The translations under genes and the position numbers were made by a program. This document shows positions 20,534 through 29,048 of a DNA stretch of 64,000 nucleotides, piece after piece (position 1 is the stretch's first letter; each line of letters opens with the position of its first letter). The notes beneath the pieces were generated by a model that was given only the letters and a program-made list of their open reading frames with translations, did not search any database and was not told the origin of the DNA. Origin of the DNA: Gammaproteobacteria bacterium (GTDB lineage: Bacteria; Pseudomonadota; Gammaproteobacteria; UBA4575); contig CBDCUI010000009.1 in assembly GCA_965222615.1 (NCBI GenBank), forward strand, positions 448,001-512,000. The letters are read 5' to 3'.

Positions 20534-20751
20534 TGAGTTCTCCTTATCAGGGTAGTTTAACCCCTTTCAAGAACTCCATTAAACCGGGGGAAGATCAAAC
20601 ACTATTGATTAGTCCAGCTACAATATCGTTTGCACCAAGATCAACCGTATGCAAATCAAATAAGTTGATTGTTTGCGATTGCTAGTTAGAAGTGAAGCTC
20701 AAGGTGATTTTTGCCTGATTCATGTCTATTGGCGGGCTAATAGACATCAAG

Positions 20752-20825
20752 CAAAAAAAAGGCCGCCAAAATGAGGCGGCCGAATCCAGGAGGAGTCGAG
20801 AATAACAACATGTCAAATAGAGGAT
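20752..20825 (-). repeat. Displaced 3' copy of the candidate sRNA (att-like direct repeat)
   Basis: Identical to 24091-24163 except in the terminator loop. Confidence 0.9.
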
Positions 20826-20995
20826 TATTCGCACCACGTTTTTAGGTTAATTTATGTACACCTGATTGTAATGAAATCAACAATTTAGTTACCTAGGTTT
20901 ACCTCTATTTACCCCTATTATTGCGACTGTTTGCGGCACGACTGCGGCAATTTTGAATTGAGCGGTAAACAAATTTACATTAAATTGTATGCAAA

Positions 20996-21631
20996 CTAGC
21001 CACTTTTTAGTAATTCTCGACAATCCTTATTATGTTTTTTTATCCCTAGTCGTTTACCAAGTCTATTAAAAAACACATTTTTACCAACAACATACATATC
21101 TAACAATTGCTCTGCACAACTCGCATGTTCACAAGACTTTAACAGACCATTATGTATTAAAGGTTTTTGCATGTTGATAGTTTGTTTTGGGATCAATCTA
21201 TTACCTGTTTTCATAAAGACTTCATCATGATTTACCATTTCTTCAACCATTTCAAAAATACCTCCATAAGTAGTTTTGAAAAGAGTTAAATGTGCGCTAA
21301 GTTGATCATCTACAGGCATAATTTTTGACATTGATGCTTCAAATAATGGCGAGAGTTTATGTCTTGCTCTCTTCAATCGATCAGTGACATGTGATGGGTG
21401 CTGTTCTTCACCTAAATTTTCACGTTCTATATGTTCTAAAATTGCATCTTTCATTGCAATCACTGAAGTCAAATCTGCTATTAACAACATAGCCGCTGAC
21501 CTTTCTTCACGACGTCGAGCATCATAAGCAACCAGTAATGCAGCGAAAAGACCAATTAAGCCGCCAAGCATTGCACCAATTAGCGTCTGCCAAGTGTAAA
21601 GGAAACCTATAACATTATTTAAAATTTCCAC
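20996..21631 (-). CDS. Hypothetical protein with N-terminal TM helix
   Basis: 211-aa ORF; WQTLIGAMLGG TM segment; no family recognised. Confidence 0.6.
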   Translation of the reverse strand: MEILNNVIGFLYTWQTLIGAMLGGLIGLFAALLVAYDARRREERSAAMLLIADLTSVIAMKDAILEHIERENLGEEQHPSHVTDRLKRARHKLSPLFEASMSKIMPVDDQLSAHLTLFKTTYGGIFEMVEEMVNHDEVFMKTGNRLIPKQTINMQKPLIHNGLLKSCEHASCAEQLLDMYVVGKNVFFNRLGKRLGIKKHNKDCRELLKSG

Positions 21632-21703
21632 TTTGCTAAGTATGAGCCCCCAATGCTTTTTGGAGTTATGTAAAAGATTACTTTATGAATTAACTTTTAT
21701 ATT

Positions 21704-22036
21704 TTATTCTGAATTGCCTTCAACAATTTTTATAGATTTCGCCTCTACTAACAACTTCCTTATTTCTTCCGTAGAGTAGCCTTTAGCATGAATATAATTA
21801 TTATCATTCATACAAATAATAATCTCTCTAGATGTTTTTGCATTAATCCATGTTTTTATTACGTTCGCTAACTGAGTCCATGGCATCGCATTAGATATTC
21901 CTTCAATCACTTCAACGATAATCCCAGAATCTTCAGGCTCATGCGCCCTTGTCATATGCATCGTGCACTTAATATCCGCATCACTCAACGCAGCAGTGAA
22001 TGATTTGAAGCTAGCTTTATTTAATATTGCTTTCAA
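21704..22036 (-). CDS. Small protein resembling effector-associated constant component EACC1
   Basis: PW..LA.VIK.W...K.SR.I.I...G.S.EEI..LL pattern, from recollection only. Confidence 0.45.
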   Translation of the reverse strand: MKAILNKASFKSFTAALSDADIKCTMHMTRAHEPEDSGIIVEVIEGISNAMPWTQLANVIKTWINAKTSREIIICMNDNNYIHAKGYSTEEIRKLLVEAKSIKIVEGNSE

Positions 22037-22911
22037 AATAGTTTATAAATTAGATCATATAGCAATACAAAAAATGGAGAACCAAGAAATGCGCATACAG
22101 CTGCCCTAATTTTAAAACTTCTTGCTCCTTCAAACTCAACTACTGGGAATAACCATCTAGTAATAGCAAAAAATATACGAAAAAAAAGCAAAGATAGTAA
22201 AACAAAATAAATTAAAATCGCCCCTAATAGAGCAACATGAATATTTTCAAATTTATCTTGCAAGAAAAAACTTATGCGATATGCAGCCCAAAGAGATAAT
22301 GGCATTGCAAAAAACCAATTATAAATATTGAAGGTAAATACGTTATGCAGCCAAGCCCTAATTGTTTTCTTGCTTTTGAAAAATCTTTCAACAGTCTCGG
22401 ATACACCAGAAACCCAAGTTGTGTTTGGACCAGATACTTCTAAATAACTATTATTTGGTGTGGGTTTCTCCCAAGGGTTATATTCGTTAAATCCAGGTGG
22501 CTCGGCAAAATCTAAGTTAAGCAAAAACCTATTTGGAAGCGCAACGTTAACACCTTTGAGCCCAGCTGCACTATTGAATGAAATAGATGTAATTTTTTCA
22601 GGAAGACTATCTTTGGATAATACATCTATACTACTACTTACTATTTGTTCGCCATTACTACCAATAATAACTATAGTTAAACCACCAATTCTTCTTGCTT
22701 CTTCTTTAAGGTTTTCTATGTGAACTGGATCTTCTCCTTGCCGAGGTTGAACTGTGTCCAAGTATGCTTCTAATGCCTCAGATGTATTTCTATTTAAATC
22801 AACATATAGTTTTCTTAATTCTTCAATATTCAATTTGCATGGATGTAATTTATCATTACGATATGAACCACGATAATCAATTGACGGTAATGGTTGAACA
22901 TTAGTGTTCAT
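22033..22911 (-). CDS. Hypothetical protein, soluble N-domain plus about three C-terminal TM helices
   Basis: 292-aa ORF coupled to both neighbours by ATGA overlaps. Confidence 0.65.
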   Translation of the reverse strand: MNTNVQPLPSIDYRGSYRNDKLHPCKLNIEELRKLYVDLNRNTSEALEAYLDTVQPRQGEDPVHIENLKEEARRIGGLTIVIIGSNGEQIVSSSIDVLSKDSLPEKITSISFNSAAGLKGVNVALPNRFLLNLDFAEPPGFNEYNPWEKPTPNNSYLEVSGPNTTWVSGVSETVERFFKSKKTIRAWLHNVFTFNIYNWFFAMPLSLWAAYRISFFLQDKFENIHVALLGAILIYFVLLSLLFFRIFFAITRWLFPVVEFEGARSFKIRAAVCAFLGSPFFVLLYDLIYKLF

Positions 22912-23117
22912 TCTATTAAACCTTTAAATGGTAATTGCGCTGATCGTTGCGCTGCTTTCAATCTTTTAATTCTAATGTTAGCTTCATTAAGCTGACCTCT
23001 AATCTTTGGCATCTCATATAGATAGTAATTATGGTATGCCTCAAGGTAGCGTTGTTTCATACGCTCGCATTGTTCCAACTTTTGTTCGCACTCAGTTCTT
23101 TTGGGGTCGTATGTCAT
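22908..23117 (-). CDS. Small coiled-coil hypothetical protein
   Basis: 69-aa ORF overlapping the start of the next gene. Confidence 0.45.
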   Translation of the reverse strand: MTYDPKRTECEQKLEQCERMKQRYLEAYHNYYLYEMPKIRGQLNEANIRIKRLKAAQRSAQLPFKGLIE

Positions 23118-23166
23118 ATTAATTACGTTTTATTTATTGAACTCAAATACTTAACTTATATTATAT

Positions 23167-23571
23167 TTATTTACATGTGGTTGTATTACCAATAGTGGTA
23201 CACGTAACAGATTGTGGCGGTGCATAAATAGAATTCCAGAGTGCAGTTTTTTGTAATTGTGCTACTTCCCTTGAGCTCTGCATATTTTTAAGCTCAACAT
23301 ACAATTGTGACATGAGTAAACGTGCTTCTTGTTCAGTACGCGTACCAGCGCTGACTTGAGTGGCCAAATAGTCTGCCGTATTTAAATAAAGTTCAACCAA
23401 GTCTCTTTGATTTCCTTTGCTACGTGGATCAGCACTTGATTTCTCTCTCCAGCATTTAACCTCAGCTTCAAATGAATTGTGTAATTCTGCACATTGATCT
23501 TGATAATCAAGCATAGTCCCACATCCTGCTATACACATTACAGTAAGTATTGTTAAAAATTTGTAACTCAT
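23167..23571 (-). CDS. Putative lipoprotein
   Basis: Signal peptide with lipobox IAGC; GGAGG RBS before MSYKF. Confidence 0.7.
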   Translation of the reverse strand: MSYKFLTILTVMCIAGCGTMLDYQDQCAELHNSFEAEVKCWREKSSADPRSKGNQRDLVELYLNTADYLATQVSAGTRTEQEARLLMSQLYVELKNMQSSREVAQLQKTALWNSIYAPPQSVTCTTIGNTTTCK

Positions 23572-23603
23572 ACTTGCCTCCTTCGTCTCAAACATGTAAG
23601 TGT

Positions 23604-23967
23604 TTACATTTCTTTAACCAACTCAATCCAATCATCATTTGCTGGTTGCATCATATAATCAATCTCATCTCGATCATCTGACTCAAACCAATTATTGAAT
23701 TCTTCTTTATCTAAAATTACCGGCATTCGATGATGTATTTTTGACATCTTTTTATTTGGTGCTGTAGTTAAGATGCTCATAAGCATTTCCCCATCTGCGT
23801 TTATTTCGTAGAGTCCCCCAAAAGCAAAGCCGTCATCAAAAGCAGGACCAATTCTGTACCTATCTCGCTTACCCTTTGGTCGGTTTTCATCCCACTCAAA
23901 GAAAGCACTTGCTGGCACAATACACCTTCGTTCACGTAAAGCTTTTGACCAAGCTCTCTTTTCTCAC
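23604..23967 (-). pseudogene. 5'-truncated SOS response-associated peptidase (SRAP/YedK)
   Basis: RRCIVPASAFFEW and IHHRMPVIL present; in-frame TGA just upstream; N-terminal catalytic MCGR is missing. Confidence 0.85.
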
Positions 23968-24090
23968 GCATCGCTTCCCATGCTTTAAATAATCGCTATA
24001 AGCATTGTTTTAGCGAAACTTAAACTGGTTAAAAACTAACCTCGAATATTTTGAAATTTAGAAGGTAGTTAAATTGGCGCTATTAAAAGC

Positions 24091-24187
24091 CAAAAAAAAG
24101 GCCGCCAACACAGGCGGCCGAATCCAGGAGGAGTCGAGAATAACAACATGTCAAATAGAGGATATTTGTATCATGTTGAGAGGCTCA
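24091..24187 (-). ncRNA. Candidate sigma54-dependent small RNA (~95 nt)
   Basis: -24/-12 promoter upstream, 5' hairpin with AUCCUCU loop, single-stranded CUCCUCCU, GC-rich terminator plus U8. Confidence 0.6.
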
Positions 24188-24197
24188 CTCTATTTAA

Positions 24198-24214
24198 AGC
24201 ACATTTAATGCCAA
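24198..24214 (-). promoter_or_regulatory. Sigma54 (-24/-12) promoter
   Basis: Minus strand TTGGCATTAAATGTGCT has GG-N10-GC spacing; near-IHF site at about 24233-24245; GACAATTT at 24272, 24291 and 24312. Confidence 0.6.
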
Positions 24215-24564
24215 ATAAACAAAATTAAAGGAATTCAACAACTTAATTGATTTTATCAGCTACTGTGCATAGACAATTTAGATAAATTTCGACAATTTTT
24301 GGCACATTTGTGACAATTTGTTGTAGTTAAGTTATCCAAATAGCTTAATTCACTAGAGTTTTTCCTAATTTCAGTTTTAATACCTAGAAAAGAATTGATC
24401 AAAAATTGATCGATATAAGGCATTTTCTTTGTCTGCACCGCAAACTGGCACCATTTCTATTTATACTGGTTCATTGACCTCAAGCTTCTACCTTGCGTAC
24501 ATGACCTACCAGAGACGAGAGTCATCATGTTCGAAAAATTAGAAACTATAAAAATAAACTAATA

Positions 24565-25665
24565 ATGATCGAATCTGTATACCAATCACTTATAGACAGC
24601 AAGAACCTGGTAGAAGACCCTAATCAACGAAAAGTCATTCAAGCATTACAAACACTGCATGATGAACTAAGCACTGATAATCCCGATGACTCCACCATAA
24701 TTGATCGCTTTACGACATTCCTATCGCGAAAATCTAATACCCGAAGTGTTAAAGGACTTTATATCTGGGGAGGCGTGGGACGAGGAAAAACATTTTTGAT
24801 GGATATGTTTTTCTCTAACTTACATTTCCAGGACAAACTTCGCCTGCATTTTCATCGTTTTATGGATCAAGCACATCAAATGCTAAAAAATTATCATGAT
24901 GAGCCAGATCCACTAAAACTTGTAGCTAAAGAGTTTTCTGACAAAGCAAAAGTGTTATGTTTTGACGAATTTTTTGTAAACGACATTGGTGACGCCATGA
25001 TTTTGGCAGGCCTGCTTGATGGTTTATTTGAAAACAATGTAGCGTTAATCGCGACTTCTAATGTTGAGCCTGAATTACTTTATAAAGATGGCTTACAACG
25101 TGAACGATTTTTACCAACGATTAAATTATTACAAGAGCACACGAATGTTATTCATCTAGATGGTGAAATTGATCACCGTTTTGAGTTTTTACAAACCAAT
25201 GATGTGTATAACTCACCCATTGACGACTCTTCACACAACTGGCTCGTACATAATTATTTGAATCTTGCAAATGAACGAGTTGAATCCTCTTGGGAGAAAA
25301 TAAAAATTAATGATCGAGAAATACAAACTTTGCAGCACACAGATACCGTAGCCTGGTTCGACTTTAAGGAAATTTGTGATGGTCCACGCTCTGTGGCTGA
25401 CTATATTGCCATAGCCAAACAATTCAATACCGTTTTAATTTCACATGTGCCTATATTTGATGGAAAAGACGACCAGGCTAGAAGATTTATTAATATGGTG
25501 GATGAGCTCTATGACCGAAATGTAAAACTCATTTTGTCAGCCGAAGCTTCTCCAGATAAACTATATACTGGCTCACGCTTAAAAGATGAATTTGCTCGAA
25601 CTACGAGCCGATTGACAGAAATGCAATCGCATGAATATTTAGAAAAACAACATCGGCCAAATTAA
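24565..25665 (+). CDS. zapE: Cell division ATPase ZapE (AFG1 family)
   Basis: GGVGRGKT, HFHRFM, CFDEF, ARRFINMVDELYD, RTTSRLTEMQS. Confidence 0.95.
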   Translation: MIESVYQSLIDSKNLVEDPNQRKVIQALQTLHDELSTDNPDDSTIIDRFTTFLSRKSNTRSVKGLYIWGGVGRGKTFLMDMFFSNLHFQDKLRLHFHRFMDQAHQMLKNYHDEPDPLKLVAKEFSDKAKVLCFDEFFVNDIGDAMILAGLLDGLFENNVALIATSNVEPELLYKDGLQRERFLPTIKLLQEHTNVIHLDGEIDHRFEFLQTNDVYNSPIDDSSHNWLVHNYLNLANERVESSWEKIKINDREIQTLQHTDTVAWFDFKEICDGPRSVADYIAIAKQFNTVLISHVPIFDGKDDQARRFINMVDELYDRNVKLILSAEASPDKLYTGSRLKDEFARTTSRLTEMQSHEYLEKQHRPN

Positions 25666-25701
25666 AATATAAAAAAATTCTAATCTTAAAAGGAGTAAAA
25701 A

Positions 25702-26673
25702 ATGAAATCAGCAAAACGGGTGGCCATTACCGGAGCCGCAGGAAATATAGGCTATGCAGCTGCATTTAGAGTTGCTGCAGGTAATATGCTGGGTACAGAT
25801 CAACCCGTAATTTTACAACTCATCGAGATTCCACCTGTGCTAGATGCTTTAAAAGGGGTAGAAATGGAATTACGAGATTGCGCATTTCCTTTATTAGAAG
25901 ACATCATTTGTACGGCTGATGCAAATGAAGGATTTGGTGATGTGGATTATGTTTTATCCATTGGCTCTAAACCCAGAACAAAGGGTATGGAACGTGCTGA
26001 TTTATTAAGCGAAAACGGAAAGATTTTTGGACCTCAAGGTAAAGCAATTAGCGATAACGCATCTAAAGATGTAAAAGTTTTAGTCGTGGGCAATCCTGCT
26101 AACACTAATGCATTAATCGCATGTAATAATGCAGCTGATTTAGATCCATCACAATTTACCTCCATGATGCGTCTCGATCACAACCGCGCTATCAGTCAAC
26201 TTGCTTCCAAGACTGGTGCACCGGTAACTCAAATTAAACAAATGGTAGTCTGGGGAAATCATTCACTCACTCAATATCCTGATATCAGTCACTGCACGGT
26301 AGACGGTAAAGATGCCAAATCTTTAGTAGATGACGATTGGTATAAAAATGAGTTCATGCCAAAAGTGCAAAAACGTGGTGCTGAGATTATTAATGCACGC
26401 GGTGCATCGTCTGCGGCTTCTGCAGCCTCTGCTGCAATTGATCACATGCGTGATTGGGTACAAGGCACAAATGACTGGGTCAGCATGGGAATGATTTCCA
26501 AAGGTGATTACGGAATTACTGAAGGGCTAATGTATTCCTTTCCTGTGCTATGCAAAAACGGCAACTTTGAAGTCGTGCAAGGATTAGAACAAGACGATTT
26601 CAGTATAGAGATGATGAAGGCAACAGAGAAGGAATTACTCGAAGAACGCGATGCAGTAAAAGACTTACTTTAA
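25702..26673 (+). CDS. mdh: Malate dehydrogenase (type 2)
   Basis: [41 protein letters not shown]. Confidence 0.98.
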   Translation: MKSAKRVAITGAAGNIGYAAAFRVAAGNMLGTDQPVILQLIEIPPVLDALKGVEMELRDCAFPLLEDIICTADANEGFGDVDYVLSIGSKPRTKGMERADLLSENGKIFGPQGKAISDNASKDVKVLVVGNPANTNALIACNNAADLDPSQFTSMMRLDHNRAISQLASKTGAPVTQIKQMVVWGNHSLTQYPDISHCTVDGKDAKSLVDDDWYKNEFMPKVQKRGAEIINARGASSAASAASAAIDHMRDWVQGTNDWVSMGMISKGDYGITEGLMYSFPVLCKNGNFEVVQGLEQDDFSIEMMKATEKELLEERDAVKDLL

Positions 26674-26692
26674 TTACAAGATATAAGCTAAA

Positions 26693-26983
26693 TTATGCTG
26701 CAAGTGCTTTCAAAACATTTTTATGATCTTTATCTATTACGCGCAGGTAATTAGTCGCAGCAGCATCTGGGCTTCGTTTCCCTTGCTCCCATCCTTTAAC
26801 AGTATCAAGCTTTAACTAAAATTCACGAGCAAACTTTGCTTGTGACATTTTCAATTTTAAACGAATTGCTTTTATATCTGCGGGTGACAACACAAGATAT
26901 TCAGTAGCTGACGCCTCACCTTTTGCATAGCGTACGGCTTTACCTAAATTTGATTCAAGTTCATTAAAAAGTTTGTCGTTCAT
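26693..26983 (-). pseudogene. XRE-HTH antitoxin (HigA-2/NadS-like) with internal amber stop
   Basis: MNDKLFNELE...DIKAIRLKLKMSQAKFAREF*LKLDTVKGWEQGKRSPD; TAG at 26816-26818. Confidence 0.8.
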
Positions 26984-27022
26984 TAATTAGACCTGTTAGA
27001 CCTGTTTTTTTCATTACTTAAC

Positions 27023-27400
27023 TCACACTGCTAAGTCGTATGGTTGTAGCAAAACATCTGCAGGTAAACCAAACTTATTTAACTTTTGCAGACCCTCTAA
27101 TGGTATTCTACGTTTACGATTCCGATATTCCCACACTCTGTTATACTCACAACCCAATATATCTTCGAGCTTCTTTAACGTAAGAATGCCGTTATCTATG
27201 AGATGTTCAATCAAATCTATTGCATCTACAGCTTCAATTTTGTGATGTTTATCTTCGTATTCAGCAATTTGTAATGCCAATACATCAAGCAAAGTAGCCT
27301 CTACGGTTCCCTCTTCTGCATCAATAACTTTATCCAACAATGAAGTTGCATATTCATAATCAGCTTCGTTCTTAATTGGCCTTAAAACATTTAGATCCAT
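27023..27400 (-). CDS. higA: HigA-like antitoxin (HTH)
   Basis: PIKNEADYE..., LIxEYE-like segment, C-terminal HTH; downstream of the toxin. Confidence 0.85.
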   Translation of the reverse strand: MDLNVLRPIKNEADYEYATSLLDKVIDAEEGTVEATLLDVLALQIAEYEDKHHKIEAVDAIDLIEHLIDNGILTLKKLEDILGCEYNRVWEYRNRKRRIPLEGLQKLNKFGLPADVLLQPYDLAV

Positions 27401-27403
27401 AAC

Positions 27404-27700
27404 TTATACCTTACTTGCATCACTTAATCGATCATATTGTTTATGGGTACCGATAAATCTTATATAGACTCTATATTTCTCAAAATCAATTTTCACAATT
27501 AGCCTGTATTTATTTCCACCTATATCAAAACAATATCTATCATTTCCAAGTATGCTCATGGATGGGTATATTGCCTTCACTTCATTTGGATTATTCCAGC
27601 TTGAAGTGTCTGCAAATGTGTACCAAACCCTTAGAGGCTTCTCAGCATCTGGGTAAATTTCCCAAAAGTCACTTAAACGCTTTCTAGATATCACCCACAT
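27404..27700 (-). CDS. higB: HigB mRNA interferase toxin
   Basis: MWVISRKRL..FW..YPDAE..L..W, FDIGGNKYRLIV, RFIGTHKQYDR. Confidence 0.92.
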   Translation of the reverse strand: MWVISRKRLSDFWEIYPDAEKPLRVWYTFADTSSWNNPNEVKAIYPSMSILGNDRYCFDIGGNKYRLIVKIDFEKYRVYIRFIGTHKQYDRLSDASKV

Positions 27701-27711
27701 GTGCTGATGTA

Positions 27712-27740
27712 ATAATATTCCCATTTTGGGAATATGTCAA
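27712..27740 (-). promoter_or_regulatory. higBA promoter with palindromic operator
   Basis: TTGACA-N17-TATTAT; inverted repeat ATATTCCCA-AAA-TGGGAATAT across the spacer. Confidence 0.75.
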
Positions 27741-27819
27741 TGTATGCAACATAACCCATTGATTTTAATTATAATAAATAGTGAAATTAGCTAAATTTGT
27801 ATTTTTAGCAGCGCAAATT

Positions 27820-28017
27820 GTCAGCATGAGAATGATTTCTAAAGGTGATTACGGGATCACTGAAGGGTTAATGTATTCATTCCCTGTGATCTGCAAAAAC
27901 GGCAACTATGAAGTCGTGCAAGGATTAGAACAAGACGATTTCAACATAGAGATGATGATGAAAACAACCGAAAAAGAATTACTCGAAGAGCGCGATGCTG
28001 TAAAAGATTTGCTCTAA
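27820..28017 (+). pseudogene. Duplicated 3' end of mdh
   Basis: Diverged copy of 26479-26673 ([11 protein letters not shown]...DAVKDLL) with one extra Met codon. Confidence 0.92.
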
Positions 28018-28081
28018 CGGGTAGTGATAAGGGACGCTGAGTGTTGTTGTGTGGAGCGTTCAGTTGAGTGATTTTTTAGGC
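28012..28081 (-). repeat. Degenerate integron attC site
   Basis: Minus strand GCCTAAA-AAATCA-CTCAAC...CTTAT..GTTAGAG; homologous to 28773-28841. Confidence 0.6.
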
Positions 28082-28103
28082 AGTTTACCAACTTACTTAT
28101 CAT

Positions 28104-28766
28104 TTAGGTCATTACCATAATGTTCCAAATTGAATGAGCCATTATTAGTGGCCACAATTTTTTCCATTTCCAGTACACAAAAGCAAACAAGATCCCCATC
28201 GGTAGAATATGTACAGTAATTTCTGGGCCTTGGTACGTGTGATATAGCAACCTTACTAATACGCTAGCCCCAATAGCGAACATCATTCCATGATGTTTCG
28301 TTAACACAGTTATTAAATACGCTGAAACAATAAATTCTTCGAATGTAGAATTAATCACTATCATTGCAAGCGTGAATGTCAATGTGGCTTCATGATAATA
28401 ATCTGAATGCACATAAAATTTGCTAATTTTTAAGATTTCTTCAAGAACAGGAGCAACAATCATGTAAACGGTGTAATCAACAAAGAAGAGCAGAAAACCT
28501 GCACCAGTCAGTATCCAAGTGATTTCCCAGCCAAAATCATAAAGTTGATATCCTCTAACTTTTAAAAACCATCCAACAAAACAAAGAGCACATATCTCAT
28601 AAATAATTAAAAACAAAGCATCAGAATTTGTAAAAGTGTATGTTGCGGTTGCTGGGATATCCAGGACTAAAGAGTACGATGTATAAATAAAGTATCCTAA
28701 GGAAATTATCACTAGTACTACTGGTTCCCAATGAGATGGAATTCTTTGTATTAGTGAGCAGATCAT
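28104..28766 (-). CDS. CPBP/CAAX (Abi) family intramembrane protease, gene-cassette-like
   Basis: FEEF, LYHTYQG, LWPLIMAH motifs; flanked by attC sites. Confidence 0.88.
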   Translation of the reverse strand: MICSLIQRIPSHWEPVVLVIISLGYFIYTSYSLVLDIPATATYTFTNSDALFLIIYEICALCFVGWFLKVRGYQLYDFGWEITWILTGAGFLLFFVDYTVYMIVAPVLEEILKISKFYVHSDYYHEATLTFTLAMIVINSTFEEFIVSAYLITVLTKHHGMMFAIGASVLVRLLYHTYQGPEITVHILPMGILFAFVYWKWKKLWPLIMAHSIWNIMVMT

Positions 28767-28772
28767 TCTGTT

Positions 28773-28841
28773 TTCTAACGGTTGAGCTAAAAGGCGCTGA
28801 GCACTACTGCGCGAAGCGCCCAGTTGAGTGAGATGTTATGC
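28773..28841 (-). repeat. Integron attC site (69 bp)
   Basis: Minus strand GCATAAC-ATCTCA-CTCAAC...GCGC/GCGC stem...TTTAG-CTCAACC-GTTAGAA, with aadA-type box spacing; the upstream reading frame stops in the R'' TAA. Confidence 0.78.
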
Positions 28842-28999
28842 ACTAACATAATACTGATTCTCTCGCTTATTTAGATGGAAAATAAGAGATGAGCTGATTA
28901 AGAAGGCAATTCCTAAGACCAAGCCATACACATTAAAAATACCCAGAAAATAGAACACGATGCTACCCAGCTCCTAATAGTTATTAGCAGCTATATAAC

Positions 29000-29023
29000 A
29001 AAAAAGGGCCTATTAAGGCCCTT
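29000..29023 (-). terminator. Intrinsic terminator
   Basis: AAGGGCC-N6-GGCCCTT followed by a T-run on the minus strand. Confidence 0.65.
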
Positions 29024-29048
29024 ATTAACAACAGAATTTTATAGCTAG

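Larger units (their letters stand above)
19330..20597 (-). mobile_element. Complete IS3-family insertion sequence (1268 bp)
   Basis: TG...CA ends; imperfect IRs TGATCATACCCTGGTTTGGTGGAGT / TGATCTTCCCCCGGTTTAATGGAGT; 3-bp target duplication AAC (19327-19329 and 20598-20600). Confidence 0.95.

Noticed and set aside
20808-20835. dif-like site (minus strand GGTGCGAATAA matches the XerC arm at 10/11)
   Set aside because: No acceptable XerD arm (TTATGTTAAAT) after the 6-bp spacer; better explained as an integrase core half-site.
24256-24438. 60-aa ORF upstream of the sRNA
   Set aside because: It overlaps the putative enhancer region, has no clear RBS and shows no protein-like features.
27781-28017. 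78-aa ORF resembling malate dehydrogenase
   Set aside because: It is only the duplicated mdh 3' end fused to a chance start, not an independent gene.
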